Origin: Candidatus Aminicenantes bacterium
GTDB taxonomy: Bacteria > Acidobacteriota > Aminicenantia > Aminicenantales > Saccharicenantaceae
DNA: 64,000 nucleotides
Direction: 5' to 3'
Assembly (NCBI GenBank): GCA_963805045.1
Contig: CAWDTC010000019.1
Span: forward strand, 8,249 to 72,248
The position numbers were made by a program, and so were the translations under genes. Each line of letters starts with the position of its first letter. Positions within the stretch are counted from its first letter, which is position 1. The notes under the pieces were generated by a model, which saw nothing but the letters and a program-made list of their open reading frames with translations, searched no databases and was not told where the DNA came from. This document shows positions 10,701 to 23,721 of the stretch, one piece after another.

Positions 10701-11192
10701 GAGGACCTTCAGCCCCCGGGCCTCGAAGGCGTCCCCCCCGTCCTCGTAGCTCAGCGTCCCGTCCTCGACGAGTCCCTTCAGGACGGTGAACGGCAGCGAA
10801 ACCGGGAGCTTCGGCGCCCCTCCCGGAAGGCCGCCCCCGCCGGAGCCGGATGCGGGGCCCGTCGATGAAGACGTTGACGGCCTTCTCGTTCCGCAGGAGC
10901 GAGAGGAAGGGGATCTCGATCCGCACCCGCCGGGCCTCGAAGAGCGCGCGGTTCGGCCAGCGAGCCGACGTTTTCGGCGACGATGGACGGCGGGAAGTAG
11001 CTCAGCCGGAGGTCGCCGTAGCGGACGACCTTGCGGACCTCCCGGCCGATCTGCCCCAGGAAGATGTTCTTCCCCACGACGACGCTGCCGCAGAGAAGGA
11101 GGAGGACGACGGCCGTGACCAGGGACCTCCGGACCCGCCTGGCGACGTTCTGGACGATGCCCGTGGACCCGGAAATGGAGACGGATTCTCAC
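7738..11192 (-). CDS. tamB: TamB/DUF490 translocation-and-assembly-module protein (about 1150 aa; frame changes near 9225, 10855, 10935 and probably near the start)
   Basis: The C-terminal ORF 7738-9210 ends in the DUF490 signature ...[50 protein letters not shown]...[20 protein letters not shown]...[33 protein letters not shown] 8994-11192 carries the long beta-rich middle part. The N-terminal anchor [32 protein letters not shown] is in a third frame. The start codon is uncertain. Confidence 0.8.
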
Positions 11193-11833
11193 GCCTTGAC
11201 CTTCCTCCAGTCGGCCAGGAAGCGCTCGACGCCCGCGTCGGTGAGCGGGTGGCGGACGAGCTTGGTCATGACCGCGTAGGGGATGGTGGCGATGTCGGCG
11301 CCGAGCCGGGCCGCTTCGACGACGTGGCGCGGGTGCCGGACGCTGGCCACGATGACCTCGGTCTCGATGCGGTAGTTCTCGAAGATGGTGACGATCTCCT
11401 CGATGAGGGCCATGCCGTCCTCGGAGGCGTCGTCGAGCCGGCCGATGAACGGGCTGACGAAGCGGGCGCCGGCCTTGGCCGCGAGGAGGGCCTGGCTGGC
11501 CGAGAAGACGAGGGTCATGTTGACGCCGATGCCCTCGGCGGCCAGGACCTTCGTCGCCTTCAGCCCCTCGACGCCGACGGGGATCTTGACGACGACGTTC
11601 GGGGCCAGGGCGGCCAGGCGACGGGCCTCCGGGATGATCTCGTCGGCCCTGGTCGCGACGGCCTCCGCGCTGACGGGGCCGGGACAGATGGAGCAGATCT
11701 CGCGGACGAGGTCCTCGAACTTCCCGCTCTCCTTGGAGACGAGGGTCGGGTTCGTCGTCACGCCGTCGAGGATGCCCCAGCTCGCGACCTCGCGGATCTC
11801 ATCGAGGTTGGCCGTGTCGAGGAAGAATTTCAT
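11189..11833 (-). CDS. tal: Transaldolase, short (Fsa/TalB subfamily 3B) type
   Basis: This is an intact 214-aa ORF: [31 protein letters not shown]...VVKIP...[11 protein letters not shown]. The Schiff-base Lys context is KIP. Confidence 0.9.
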   Translation of the reverse strand: MKFFLDTANLDEIREVASWGILDGVTTNPTLVSKESGKFEDLVREICSICPGPVSAEAVATRADEIIPEARRLAALAPNVVVKIPVGVEGLKATKVLAAEGIGVNMTLVFSASQALLAAKAGARFVSPFIGRLDDASEDGMALIEEIVTIFENYRIETEVIVASVRHPRHVVEAARLGADIATIPYAVMTKLVRHPLTDAGVERFLADWRKVKA

Positions 11834-12612
11834 GACGCCTCCTTGGCGCGTCCGGTCCGGACGCAGGTGTTCGAGAGGACCCCGATGCCGTCGATCTGGA
11901 CGTCCACCCGGTCCCCCGGGACGATCGGGCCGACGCCCGCCGGCGTGCCCGTGGCGATGATGTCGCCGGGCAGGAGCGTCATGACCCGCGAGACGAAGCG
12001 GACGAGGAACGGCACGGGAAAGATGAGGTTCGAGGTCGCCCCGGACTGGACGAGCTTGCCGTTGAGGAAGGTCTTGAGGTGGAGCGCGCCGGGGTCGAGG
12101 CCCGTGGCGATGCAGGGGCCCGCGGCGGCGAACGTGTCGAAGGACTTGGCCCGGGTGAACTGGACGTCCTTCATCTGCAGGTCGCGGGCCGTGACGTCGT
12201 TGAAGCAGGTGTAGCCCAGGATGTGGCCGTCGACCGGGTCGTCGTCCCGAAGGAGATGCGTTCTCTTGCGGATGACGACGGCCAGCTCGCCCTCGTAGTC
12301 GACCCGCGCCGACATCTCCGGGTACTCGACGGCCGCCATCGGCCCGATGAGGGCCGTGGCCGGCTTGAGGAAGATGAGGGGCTCGGCGGGCACGGCGTTG
12401 CCCAGCTCCTCGGCGTGCTCGCGGTAGTTGCGGCCGATGCCGACGATCTTGGACGGCGCGACGGGCGGCAGGAGCCGGACCTCGCTCATCGGGATCGGGC
12501 TGTCCCCGATCTTGAAGTCCCGGAAGATGGATCCCTTGAGCGGGAAGAGGAACTCCTCCTTGAGGACGCCGTGGAGGATCCTCTTCCTGTAGCGGAACCG
12601 GTAGATCTTCAT
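11830..12612 (-). CDS. Fumarylacetoacetate hydrolase (FAH) family protein
   Basis: An internal ATG at 12612 gives MKIYRFRY...[17 protein letters not shown]...PLIFLKP...[10 protein letters not shown]...[14 protein letters not shown]...KSFDTF...[14 protein letters not shown]. Its start overlaps the upstream stop (ATGA). Confidence 0.85.
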   Translation of the reverse strand: MKIYRFRYRKRILHGVLKEEFLFPLKGSIFRDFKIGDSPIPMSEVRLLPPVAPSKIVGIGRNYREHAEELGNAVPAEPLIFLKPATALIGPMAAVEYPEMSARVDYEGELAVVIRKRTHLLRDDDPVDGHILGYTCFNDVTARDLQMKDVQFTRAKSFDTFAAAGPCIATGLDPGALHLKTFLNGKLVQSGATSNLIFPVPFLVRFVSRVMTLLPGDIIATGTPAGVGPIVPGDRVDVQIDGIGVLSNTCVRTGRAKEAS

Positions 12613-13695
12613 GCCTCCGTGCCTTTCAGCCCCACGGGCCCGGCCTCGGTCCGCGGGCTCTCGTTCCCGCTCTTGTCTGCGGCGCTGACGGCGTAGACAT
12701 AGGTCTTGCCCTTCTCCGCCGTCGTGTCGGTGAAGGTGTTCGCCCGGAGGAGCGGGCCGGGGTTCAGCGGGACGAACGCCGAGCCGGCCGCCTCCCGCCG
12801 CCAGACCCGGTAGCCGGCGAGGTCCGCCTCCCGGCCGGCGGTCCAGCTCAGCGAGATGACGCCGGCCCCGGTCAGAACGACGAGGCCCGACGGGCGCGGC
12901 CGGCGGGAAGGTGTCCTGCGGCACGACCCGGCGCGGCGCGGAAGGGTCGCTCTCGACGGCCGGCCCGGCGCCCGGGGCGACGGCCCGGACGGTGTAATCG
13001 TAGGCGACGCCGAAGCGGAAGTTCCGGTCGGCGAAGACGAGCCCGGCGACCGGCTCGGGCGTCAGGCTCTCCGGGGCCGCACCGGCCTCGGCCCGCCAGA
13101 CCGTGTACCCGGCGACCCCGGCCGGCGCCGAGCCGTCGATGTTCGCCGCCGGGGCCTCCCAGCGGACCTCGATGCGGTCGGCGAAGACCTCGGCCTGCCG
13201 GATCGCCGGCGGCCGCGGGCAGGCCCTGACCTCGACGGGCACGGCGGCGCAGAATTCCGACGGCCGCCCCTTCTCGTCCAGGACGCGGACGGAGAAGGCC
13301 AGGGCCGTCGGCCTGAAGCCCTCCCCGGGAAGGGGATAGACGAAGGTCACGCCGGAGGCCGTTCCCGTCGGCCGGAGGTCCTGCGCCGCAACGCGGCGGC
13401 CGAGCCGGGCCCGGGCCGCGAAATCCCGGACCGAGAGGGGTGCGCGCGCTCCCCCGGCGCCGAGTTCGAGGAGCCAGACCTCGGCCGCCTGGACGGCCCG
13501 GAGGGGACGGCCGTCGACCGCCCTCGAGGGATTGACCCAATCGAGGACGACCGAGGCGCCGCGCTGGCGGGCGGCCAGCTCGCGCACGGCCTGGGGCCGC
13601 GGGCTCGCCGGCGGGCGTAACGGGCCCTTCCGGCCGCAGGCGGGAAGGCAGAACGCGGCCAGCCCGAGGGCGAGAATTCCTGCCGGTCTCTTCAT
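12609..13695 (-). CDS. Lipoprotein with fibronectin-type-III-like repeats (frame change near 12886)
   Basis: The protein starts [21 protein letters not shown], which has a lipobox. There are three units with FN3-like W/Y signatures (VVLDWVNP.., IEVRWEAP...GYTVWR, ISLSWTA...GYRVWRR...[15 protein letters not shown]). The last unit is read in the next frame after ...PPAAPVG. Confidence 0.6.
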
Positions 13696-15094
13696 CAGAG
13701 AATGAAACGCCGCAAGTCCTGGTCCTTGAGGATGTCCTTCAGCTGGCGCTGGACGTACTCCCGGTCGATCTTGATGGCCGTCTTCCCGATGTCCGGGGCG
13801 TCGAAGGAGATGTCCTCCATGACCTTCTCCATGACCGTGTGGAGGCGCCGGGCGCCGATGTTCTCCGCCTCGGCGTTGACCTTCTCGGCGACCGCGGCGA
13901 TCTCGTCGATGGCGTCGGCGGTGAACGCGACCCGGACGTCCTCGGTGGCCATGAGGGCGGTGAACTGCTTGGTCAGGGCGTTCTCGGGCTCGGTCAGGAT
14001 GCGGACGAAATCGTCCTTGCCGAGGGAGCCGAGCTCGACCCGGATGGGGAAGCGCCCCTGGAGCTCGGGGATGAGGTCCGACGGCTTCGAGACGTGGAAG
14101 GCCCCGGCGCCGATGAACAGGATGTGGTCGGTCCGGACGAGCCCGTAGCGGGTGTTGACGGTCGTGCCCTCGATGATGGGCAGGAGGTCGCGCTGGACGC
14201 CCTCGCGGCTGACGTCGGGCCCGTGGCCGCGACTCGCGGCCGGCGATCTTGTCGACCTCGTCGAGGAAGATGATGCCGCACTGCTCGACCCGCTCGATGG
14301 CCAGCCGGGAGACGAGGTCCATGTCGACGAGCCGCCGCTCCTCCTCCTCGAGGAGGATGTCGCGGGCCTCCCGGACCTTGACCTTCCGCCGCTTGGACCG
14401 GCCGCCGAGGAAGCCGGGGATGAGCTCCTGGATCTGGAAGCCGATCTCCTCGACCCCGGCGTTGGAGAAGATCTCCATGGGCGGCACGGACTTGTCCTTG
14501 ACCTCGATCTCGACCGGCCGGTCCTCGAGCAGGCCGTCGCGGAGCTGCTTGCGGAACTTCTCCCGGGTCTCGGCGAAGCGGTCCGCTTCGGACGTCCTCG
14601 CCGGCCGGGGTCTCGCCCGCCCGGTGAGCGGCGGCAGGAGGAGGTCGAGGAGGCGCTCCTCGACGTTCCGCAGGGCCTTCTCCTCGATCTCCGCGATCTT
14701 CTCCTGCTTGACCATGTCCACGGACATCCGGACGAGGTCGCGGATCATCGACTCGACGTCCCGCCCCACGTAGCCGACCTCGGTGAACTTGCTGGCCTCG
14801 ATCTTGAGGAACGGCGAGGAGGTGAGCTTGGCCAGCCGCCGCGAGATCTCGGTCTTCCCGACGCCCGTCGGCCCGATCATGAGGATGTTCTTGGGGGCGA
14901 TCTCGTCGGCCAGCTCGGCCGGAAGCTTCCGGCGGCGGAAGCGGTTCCGGAGGGCGATGGCCACGGCCTTCTTGGCCGCGTTCTGGCCGATGATGTACTT
15001 GTCGAGCTCGGCGACGATCTCGCGGGGGGTCAGCTCGACGTCCGGGACGGCGGCCGGACGCGCCCTCGAACGTCTCGGGGAGCGGGATGGGCAT
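13695..15094 (-). CDS. hslU: ATP-dependent protease ATPase subunit HslU (frame changes near 14230 and 15050)
   Basis: Fragments in three frames join as follows: [15 protein letters not shown]|[40 protein letters not shown]...[19 protein letters not shown]...[15 protein letters not shown]|[29 protein letters not shown]...[12 protein letters not shown]...[19 protein letters not shown]...[10 protein letters not shown]... Confidence 0.9.
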
Positions 15095-15622
15095 TCAGAG
15101 CTCCTCGACCGTGATCTGCTGGTTGGTGTAGACGCAGATCTCGGCGCTGATCTTGAGGGCCTCGACGGCGATCTCGCGGGCGCCGAGGGCCGTGTGCCGG
15201 ATGAGGGCCCGGGCCGCGGCCAGGGCGAACGGGCCGCCCGAGCCGATGGCGATGATGCCGTCGTCCGGCTCGATGACGTCCCCGGTGCCGGAGATGAGGA
15301 AGGTCGTTTCCTTGTCGGCCACGACGAGCAGGGCGTCGAGCTGCCGCAGGGACTTCTCCAGGCGCCAGTCCTTGGCCAGCTCGATGGCCGCCCGGGACAG
15401 GTTGCCGCGGTACTCCTCGAGCTTGACCTCGAACCGGGCGAAGAGGGCGAAGGCGTCCGAGGTCGCCCCGGCGAACCCGGCCAGGACGGCGCCCTTGTGG
15501 AGGCGCCGGATCTTCTGGGCCTTGGCCTTGAGGACGGTCTGGCCCATGGTCACCTGGCCGTCGGCGGCCATGGCGACTTTCCCCTGGTGGCGGACACAGA
15601 CGACGGTCGTCGATCGGATCAT
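15095..15622 (-). CDS. hslV: ATP-dependent protease subunit HslV
   Basis: An internal Met of ORF 15095-15700 gives [25 protein letters not shown]..., with the Thr nucleophile context typical of HslV, and ...[14 protein letters not shown]. The 26 codons upstream in the track ORF look non-coding. Confidence 0.9.
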   Translation of the reverse strand: MIRSTTVVCVRHQGKVAMAADGQVTMGQTVLKAKAQKIRRLHKGAVLAGFAGATSDAFALFARFEVKLEEYRGNLSRAAIELAKDWRLEKSLRQLDALLVVADKETTFLISGTGDVIEPDDGIIAIGSGGPFALAAARALIRHTALGAREIAVEALKISAEICVYTNQQITVEEL

Positions 15623-15714
15623 CGCATCTCCTCGGGAGCCGCTCTCATCATAATGGATGGGACGGTTTAAGTAAAGGAGGGACTGTCTCTTTTGGGCCAC
15701 CGGACGGGGACGAG

Positions 15715-15800
15715 AGCCGAAGGCCGAAGGGGAATGGCCGGAACGTCATGTGCGGCTTAGCGCAAGCCGCACTCTGGAGTGGAGGTCATGCCCGAGGCCT
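15715..15800 (+). repeat. Copy B of the ~85-nt palindromic element family
   Basis: The sequence is GGCCGAAGGGGAATGGCCGGAACGTCATGTGCGGCTTAGCGCAAGCCGCACTCTGGAGTGGAGGTCATGCCCGAGGCC. It lies in the divergent hslV / nucleotidyltransferase intergenic region. Confidence 0.85.
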
Positions 15801-15910
15801 TTGGCGGACGTGCACGGCATCCGCTCGACCTGTGGGAGGGCGTTTGACCTGCGTGGGAGGGATGCATTAAGATACGGCCGCGAGACACCGGAACGCGGAG
15901 GGAGTGGCCC

Positions 15911-16833
15911 ATGTCGTCCCTGGCCCTGGTGGTGATGGCGGCGGGCGTCGGCAGCCGCTACGGCGGGCTGAAGCAGATGGAAGGCTTCGGCCCGGGCGGA
16001 CAGGCCGTCCTCGAGTACTCGGTCTACGACGCCCTGAGGGCCGGGTACGACAAGGTCGTTTTTATCATCCGCCGGGATTTCGAGGACCTCTTCCGGGAGC
16101 GGGTCGGCCGCAAGGTCGAGCGGGCGGCCGAGACCGCCTATGTCTTCCAGTCGCTCGACCAGGTCCCGCCCGGCTTCTCCGTCCCGGCGGGCCGGGCCAA
16201 GCCTTGGGGGACGGGCCAGGCCGTCCTCATCTGCAGGGACGCCGTCCGGACGCCCTTCTCGGTCATCAACGCCGACGATTTCTACGGACGGACGGCGTTC
16301 GAGCTCATGGCCGCCGAACTCCGGCGCCCAAGGCCCGTCGGCGGCCTCTCCCATTACGCGATGTTGGGGTACCGCCTGGAAAACACGCTCTCGGAACACG
16401 GGCACGTCGCCCGGGGGCTCTGCGAGTCCACCCCGGAAGGCGAGCTCCTCAGCATCCGCGAGCTCCTCAAGGTCCAGAAGTTCGACGACGGCATCAAGCA
16501 CACCGAGAACGGCGTCGACTGGCTCCCCCTCCCGGCCGGGAGCCTGGTGTCCATGAACTTCTGGGGCTTCGAGCCCGACCTCTTCGCCGAACTCGAAGCC
16601 CAGTTCCGGGAGTTCCTCGCCGGGAACGCCGCGCGGCTGGACAAGGCCGAGTTCCTCATCCCCGAGGCCGTCGGCGTCCTCATCCGGCGAGGAAGGCCCG
16701 GGTCAGGGTCCTGCCCACCCGGGAAAGCTGGTTCGGCGTCACCTACCCCCAGGACCGGGTCCGGGTCCAGGCGGCCATCCTGGAACGGGTCCGCCAGGGG
16801 ACCTATCCGGCCGACCTGTGGCCGGCCGCCTGA
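15911..16833 (+). CDS. Sugar-phosphate nucleotidyltransferase family protein (frame change near 16692)
   Basis: The N-terminus LALVVMAAGVGSRYGGLKQ is the G-x-G-x-R NTP-transferase loop. KPWGTGQAVL and INADDFYG are also present. The C-terminus ARVRVLPTRESWFGVTYPQDRVRVQAAILERVRQGTYPADLWPAA is in the frame of ORF 15904-16833. Confidence 0.7.
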
Positions 16834-16855
16834 AGACGACGCCCCGGAGGAAACC

Positions 16856-20159
<3,304 letters not shown>

Positions 20160-20175
20160 TTAAGAAAGAAGTCCC

Positions 20176-22181
20176 GTGCCTGCCATGAAATGCCCTCGCT
20201 GCCAGTTCGACAACCCGGGCGAGACCCGGTTCTGCGGCTACTGCGGCCTCGAGCTCCAGGGGACCGGCGCCAAGGGCCGCTCCGCCGGGACGATGACCTA
20301 CCAGACACCGGCGCGCGGCCTCGAGCGCGGCACGACCTTCGCCCGGCGCTTCGAGATCATCGAGGAGATCGGCCACGGCGGCATGGGCACGGTCTACAAG
20401 GCCTTCGACACGAAGATCCGCGAGGTCGTGGCCCTCAAGGTCCTCAAGCCCGACATCGCCGCCGACCCGGACGTCATCGAGCGCTTCCAGAACGAGATGA
20501 AGCTCGCCCGCAAGGTCGCCCACCGGCACGTCTGCCGGATGTACGACCTCAACGAGGAGGGCCTGACGTTCTACCTGTCCATGGAATACGTCCAGGGCGA
20601 GGACCTCAAGAGCTTCATCCGGCGCTCGGGCCACCTCACCGAGGCCAAGGCCGTCGCCCTCGGCCGGCAGATCGCCGAGGGGCTGGCCGAGGCCCACCGC
20701 CTGGGCGTCGTCCACCGCGACCTCAAGCCCCAGAACGTCATGATCGACCGCGACGGGAACGCCAAGATCATGGACTTCGGCATCGCCCGCTCGCTCCACG
20801 GCCGCGGACTGACGGCCACGGGCGTCATCGTCGGGACGCCGGAGTACATGTCGCCCGAGCAGGCCGAGGCGGCGGACGTCGACCGCCGGAGCGACATCTA
20901 CTCGCTCGGCGTCATCCTCTTCGAGATGGTCACGGGCCGCGTGCCCTTCGAGGGCGAGACGCCGCTGGCCATCGTCCTCAAGCACCGCGGCGAGCCGGCG
21001 CCGGACCCGAAGGACACGAACGACCAGGTCTCGCCGGAGCTGAGCCGGATCATCCTGAAGTGCCTGGAGAAGGACCCCGACAAGCGCTACCAGCACGCCG
21101 AGGAGATCGTGGCCGACCTCGACCGCCTGGCCGGGGAGCTGCCGACGCCGCGGCCGGAGACGCCACGGCCGGCGACAGCGCGGCGCAAGCCTGCCGCGAG
21201 CCGGGAGGTCACCGTCAAGTTCCGGCCCGCGAAGATCCTCGTCCCGGTCCTCGCGGTCGCTCTCGCGGTCGCGGCGGGACTGCTCGATCCTCAGGCCGTG
21301 GGCCTCGCGGAGGCACGCCGGAGGACCGGAGCGGGAGCGAAGTGCGGGACCAAGCCGGAAGGGCCGGACGGAGGTCCGCCGGGCTCCCAGATGCAGGGCC
21401 GCTCCGCCGCCGCCTTCCGCCAAGGGCGGGTCCGCGACGGCAGGGAGGGGTGGACCTCTCCAAGATCGTTCCGCTCCTCTCGCCCATCCTCGGCGGGGAT
21501 TCGGCCAAGCTCATCGAGGGCAAGAGCGCCGAAGAGCTCGATCGTTTCCTGAACTCCGTCAAGGATAAGGTCCCCTCCCTGGCGGGCAAGATCGGCAACC
21601 TTCAGACCCAGATCAGGGACGCGCGCCGCTACGACCAGGCGGGCGACCCGGAGGCCTCGAAGAAGAGTTACACGAAGGGCGAGTCGGAGATGCGCAAGCT
21701 CCTGACCCTGGTCAACGAGAAGGACAAGGCCGAACGGGCGAAGGCCGAGATGGACGCCGCCAAGAAGAAGGCGGCGAGACGGCCGGCCGGCAGCCCCCGA
21801 ACCTCCTGACCTGGATCGCCGGCGAAAAGGAGAAGGACGCGCTCGACAGCTATCAGAAGAACGATTTCGCCGGGGCCCGCATCCTCTACGGCATCCTGGC
21901 CAGGGTCTACGGCCTGAGCGTCCGGGGCGGGAACGAGGACGAGTGCCTGGCCGCCCTCCGGGACCTGGCGAAGACCTCGGGCGTCGAGGCGGTGGCCGCC
22001 CAGGCCCCGGCCAAGCAGTCCTGGCTCTACGGCCGGGCCAGGAGCGGAGGAGACGGAAGCGGGGACGCTCGCCCGCGACAAGGCCTATCCCGAAGCGGCC
22101 GAGCGGTTCATCCTGGCCGCCTTCCTTTACGAAAAAGCCAGGGACGTCGCGCTCGAGAGCGCTCAGGCCGCGGACAAGTGA
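20176..22181 (+). CDS. Ser/Thr protein kinase with N-terminal zinc ribbon, one TM helix and a helical C-terminal domain (about 3-4 frame changes after 21290)
   Basis: The zinc ribbon is [19 protein letters not shown]. Hanks kinase motifs follow: [34 protein letters not shown]. The TM helix is [17 protein letters not shown]. The downstream helical domain spans other frames ([37 protein letters not shown]... / [38 protein letters not shown]... / [38 protein letters not shown], then a stop). I have not proven that this is a single gene. Confidence 0.75.
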
Positions 22182-22612
22182 GCGGAGGGCGGCCGCGGAT
22201 CCTCTTCGTCTGCTACGGGAACATCTGCCGGAGCCCGATGGCCGCGGGCCTGGCCCGGAAACGGCTGGGCGGCCGGGCCGAGGTCGCGAGCGCCGGCATC
22301 GCCGCCGCCGGGGGGCCGGCCTCGGAGGACGCCGTCCTGGCCATGAAGCTCGTCTACAAGGTCGACATCTCGGACCACGAGGCCAGGAACATCACCGATT
22401 ACGACCTCGCTTCGTTCGACGAGGTCGTGGCCCTGGACCTCGGCGTCTACTCCTATCTCAAGGGCCTGCGGGTCGTCCCCGAGGAAAAGCTCTCGGGCTG
22501 GGACATCGAGGACCCGCTCGGCCGGGGCTACGACGCGTACAAGGAAGCGGCCCGGAAGATCGAGCTGCGCCTCGGACAGTTCGTCGCCCGGCTCGGCCTC
22601 GACGCCTGCTGA
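22178..22612 (+). CDS. Low-molecular-weight protein-tyrosine phosphatase
   Basis: The GTG start overlaps the upstream TGA (GTGA). The protein reads RILFVCYGNICRSPMAAG, which contains the C-X5-R-S P-loop. The general-acid motif is IEDPLG. Confidence 0.85.
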   Translation: MSGGRPRILFVCYGNICRSPMAAGLARKRLGGRAEVASAGIAAAGGPASEDAVLAMKLVYKVDISDHEARNITDYDLASFDEVVALDLGVYSYLKGLRVVPEEKLSGWDIEDPLGRGYDAYKEAARKIELRLGQFVARLGLDAC

Positions 22613-22632
22613 GGCGCCGGCCGCCCTCCCTC

Positions 22633-23674
22633 TCAATCCATCATCGCCGCGAGGAACCGCAGTCGAGGGGATGTTGTCGAGGATGATCTTGAGCACGGCC
22701 AGGATGGGCACGGCCAGGATCATGCCGGGAATGCCCCACAGCCAGTTGCCGAAGAACAGGGAAAAGAGGACGAGAAGCGGGCTGAGCCCCAGCCCCTTGC
22801 CCAGAAAGCGGGGTTCGACGGCATTGCCCAGGATGAAGTTGACGGCCATGAGCAGGACGAGGATGCCGATGGCCGGCCCGAGCGTGCTGAAGTAGAAGAC
22901 CGAGAGGAGGACGGGCAGGGCCGTGGCGACGACCGACCCGAGGGTCGGGATGAAGTTCAGCAGGAAGGCCAGCACGCCGAAGACGACGGCGAAGGGGAGG
23001 CCGAAGAGGGCCAGGATGAGGGACGTCAGGGCGCCCGTGGCCAGGCAGACGAGCGAGTGGACGGCGAAATACCTCTGGACCTGCTTGTCGATGCGCCGCA
23101 CGGCGTGGATGACCGTCTTGGCCTGGTCCTCGGAGAAGGCCTGGGCGAGCTTCTTTTCCATCCGCCCCCGCCCGGCCAGGATGAAGGTCATGAAGAGGAA
23201 GACGAGCAGGAGGTCGGAGACGAAGGAGACGAACGGGCCGAGGGCCGACACGATGAGGCCGCCGACCTTCTCCGCGTTCAGGCCGTTGATCCAGCCCACG
23301 ACCTCGGCCTTCAGCTTCGGGTTGGTCAGGTTCCGGTCGACGCCCTCGAGGAACGAGCGCATCATCTCGTTGTACGACGGCAGCTCCGAGGCGAGCGACT
23401 TGCCGCTCGAATAGAAGAGGACGCCGATGAGGAGCAGGACGACGACGGTCAGGAGGAGGAGGCCGACCAGGGCCACGGGTTTCGGGACCTTCTTCCGGAC
23501 GAGGAAATCGAGCACCGGCGTCAGCGTGAACGACAGGAAGAGAGCCAGGCAGAAGGGGACGAGGACGGGCTTGGCCAGCTTCAGGAACACGCCGGCGAGG
23601 AAGACGACGACGGCGGCGACGCCGAACTTGAGGAACCTGTTGTCGTCCACGTCGGACCTCCCGGCCCTCATCAT
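22633..23674 (-). CDS. AI-2E (PerM/UPF0118) family transporter (frame change near 22665)
   Basis: MMRAGRSDVDDNRFLKFGVAAVVVFLAG... is followed by 7-8 TM segments, then ...FLLNFIPTLGSVVATALPVLLS...GNAVEPRFLGKGLGLSPLLVLFSLFFGNWLWGIPGMILAVPILAVLKIILDNI. The natural end, RLRFLAAMMD plus a stop, is in the adjacent frame. The track ORF instead reads through antisense to the phosphatase gene. Confidence 0.8.
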
Positions 23675-23721
23675 ACCCAAAACGCCGGCAAAAGGGAACG
23701 GGCCGTCCGGGGCCCGCGCCG

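Noticed and set aside
11830-14964. The 1044-aa minus-strand ORF, which looks like a giant fusion protein.
   Set aside because: It is a concatenation of real frames (FAH hydrolase, most of the FN3 lipoprotein, the middle of hslU) joined by stop-free out-of-frame read-through. The homology-consistent parts belong to three separate genes.
15623-15700. The 26-codon N-terminal extension of hslV in the ORF track (GTG at 15700).
   Set aside because: HslV needs its Thr nucleophile right after the initiator Met (MIRSTT...). The extension runs into the intergenic hairpin half-site and has no RBS.
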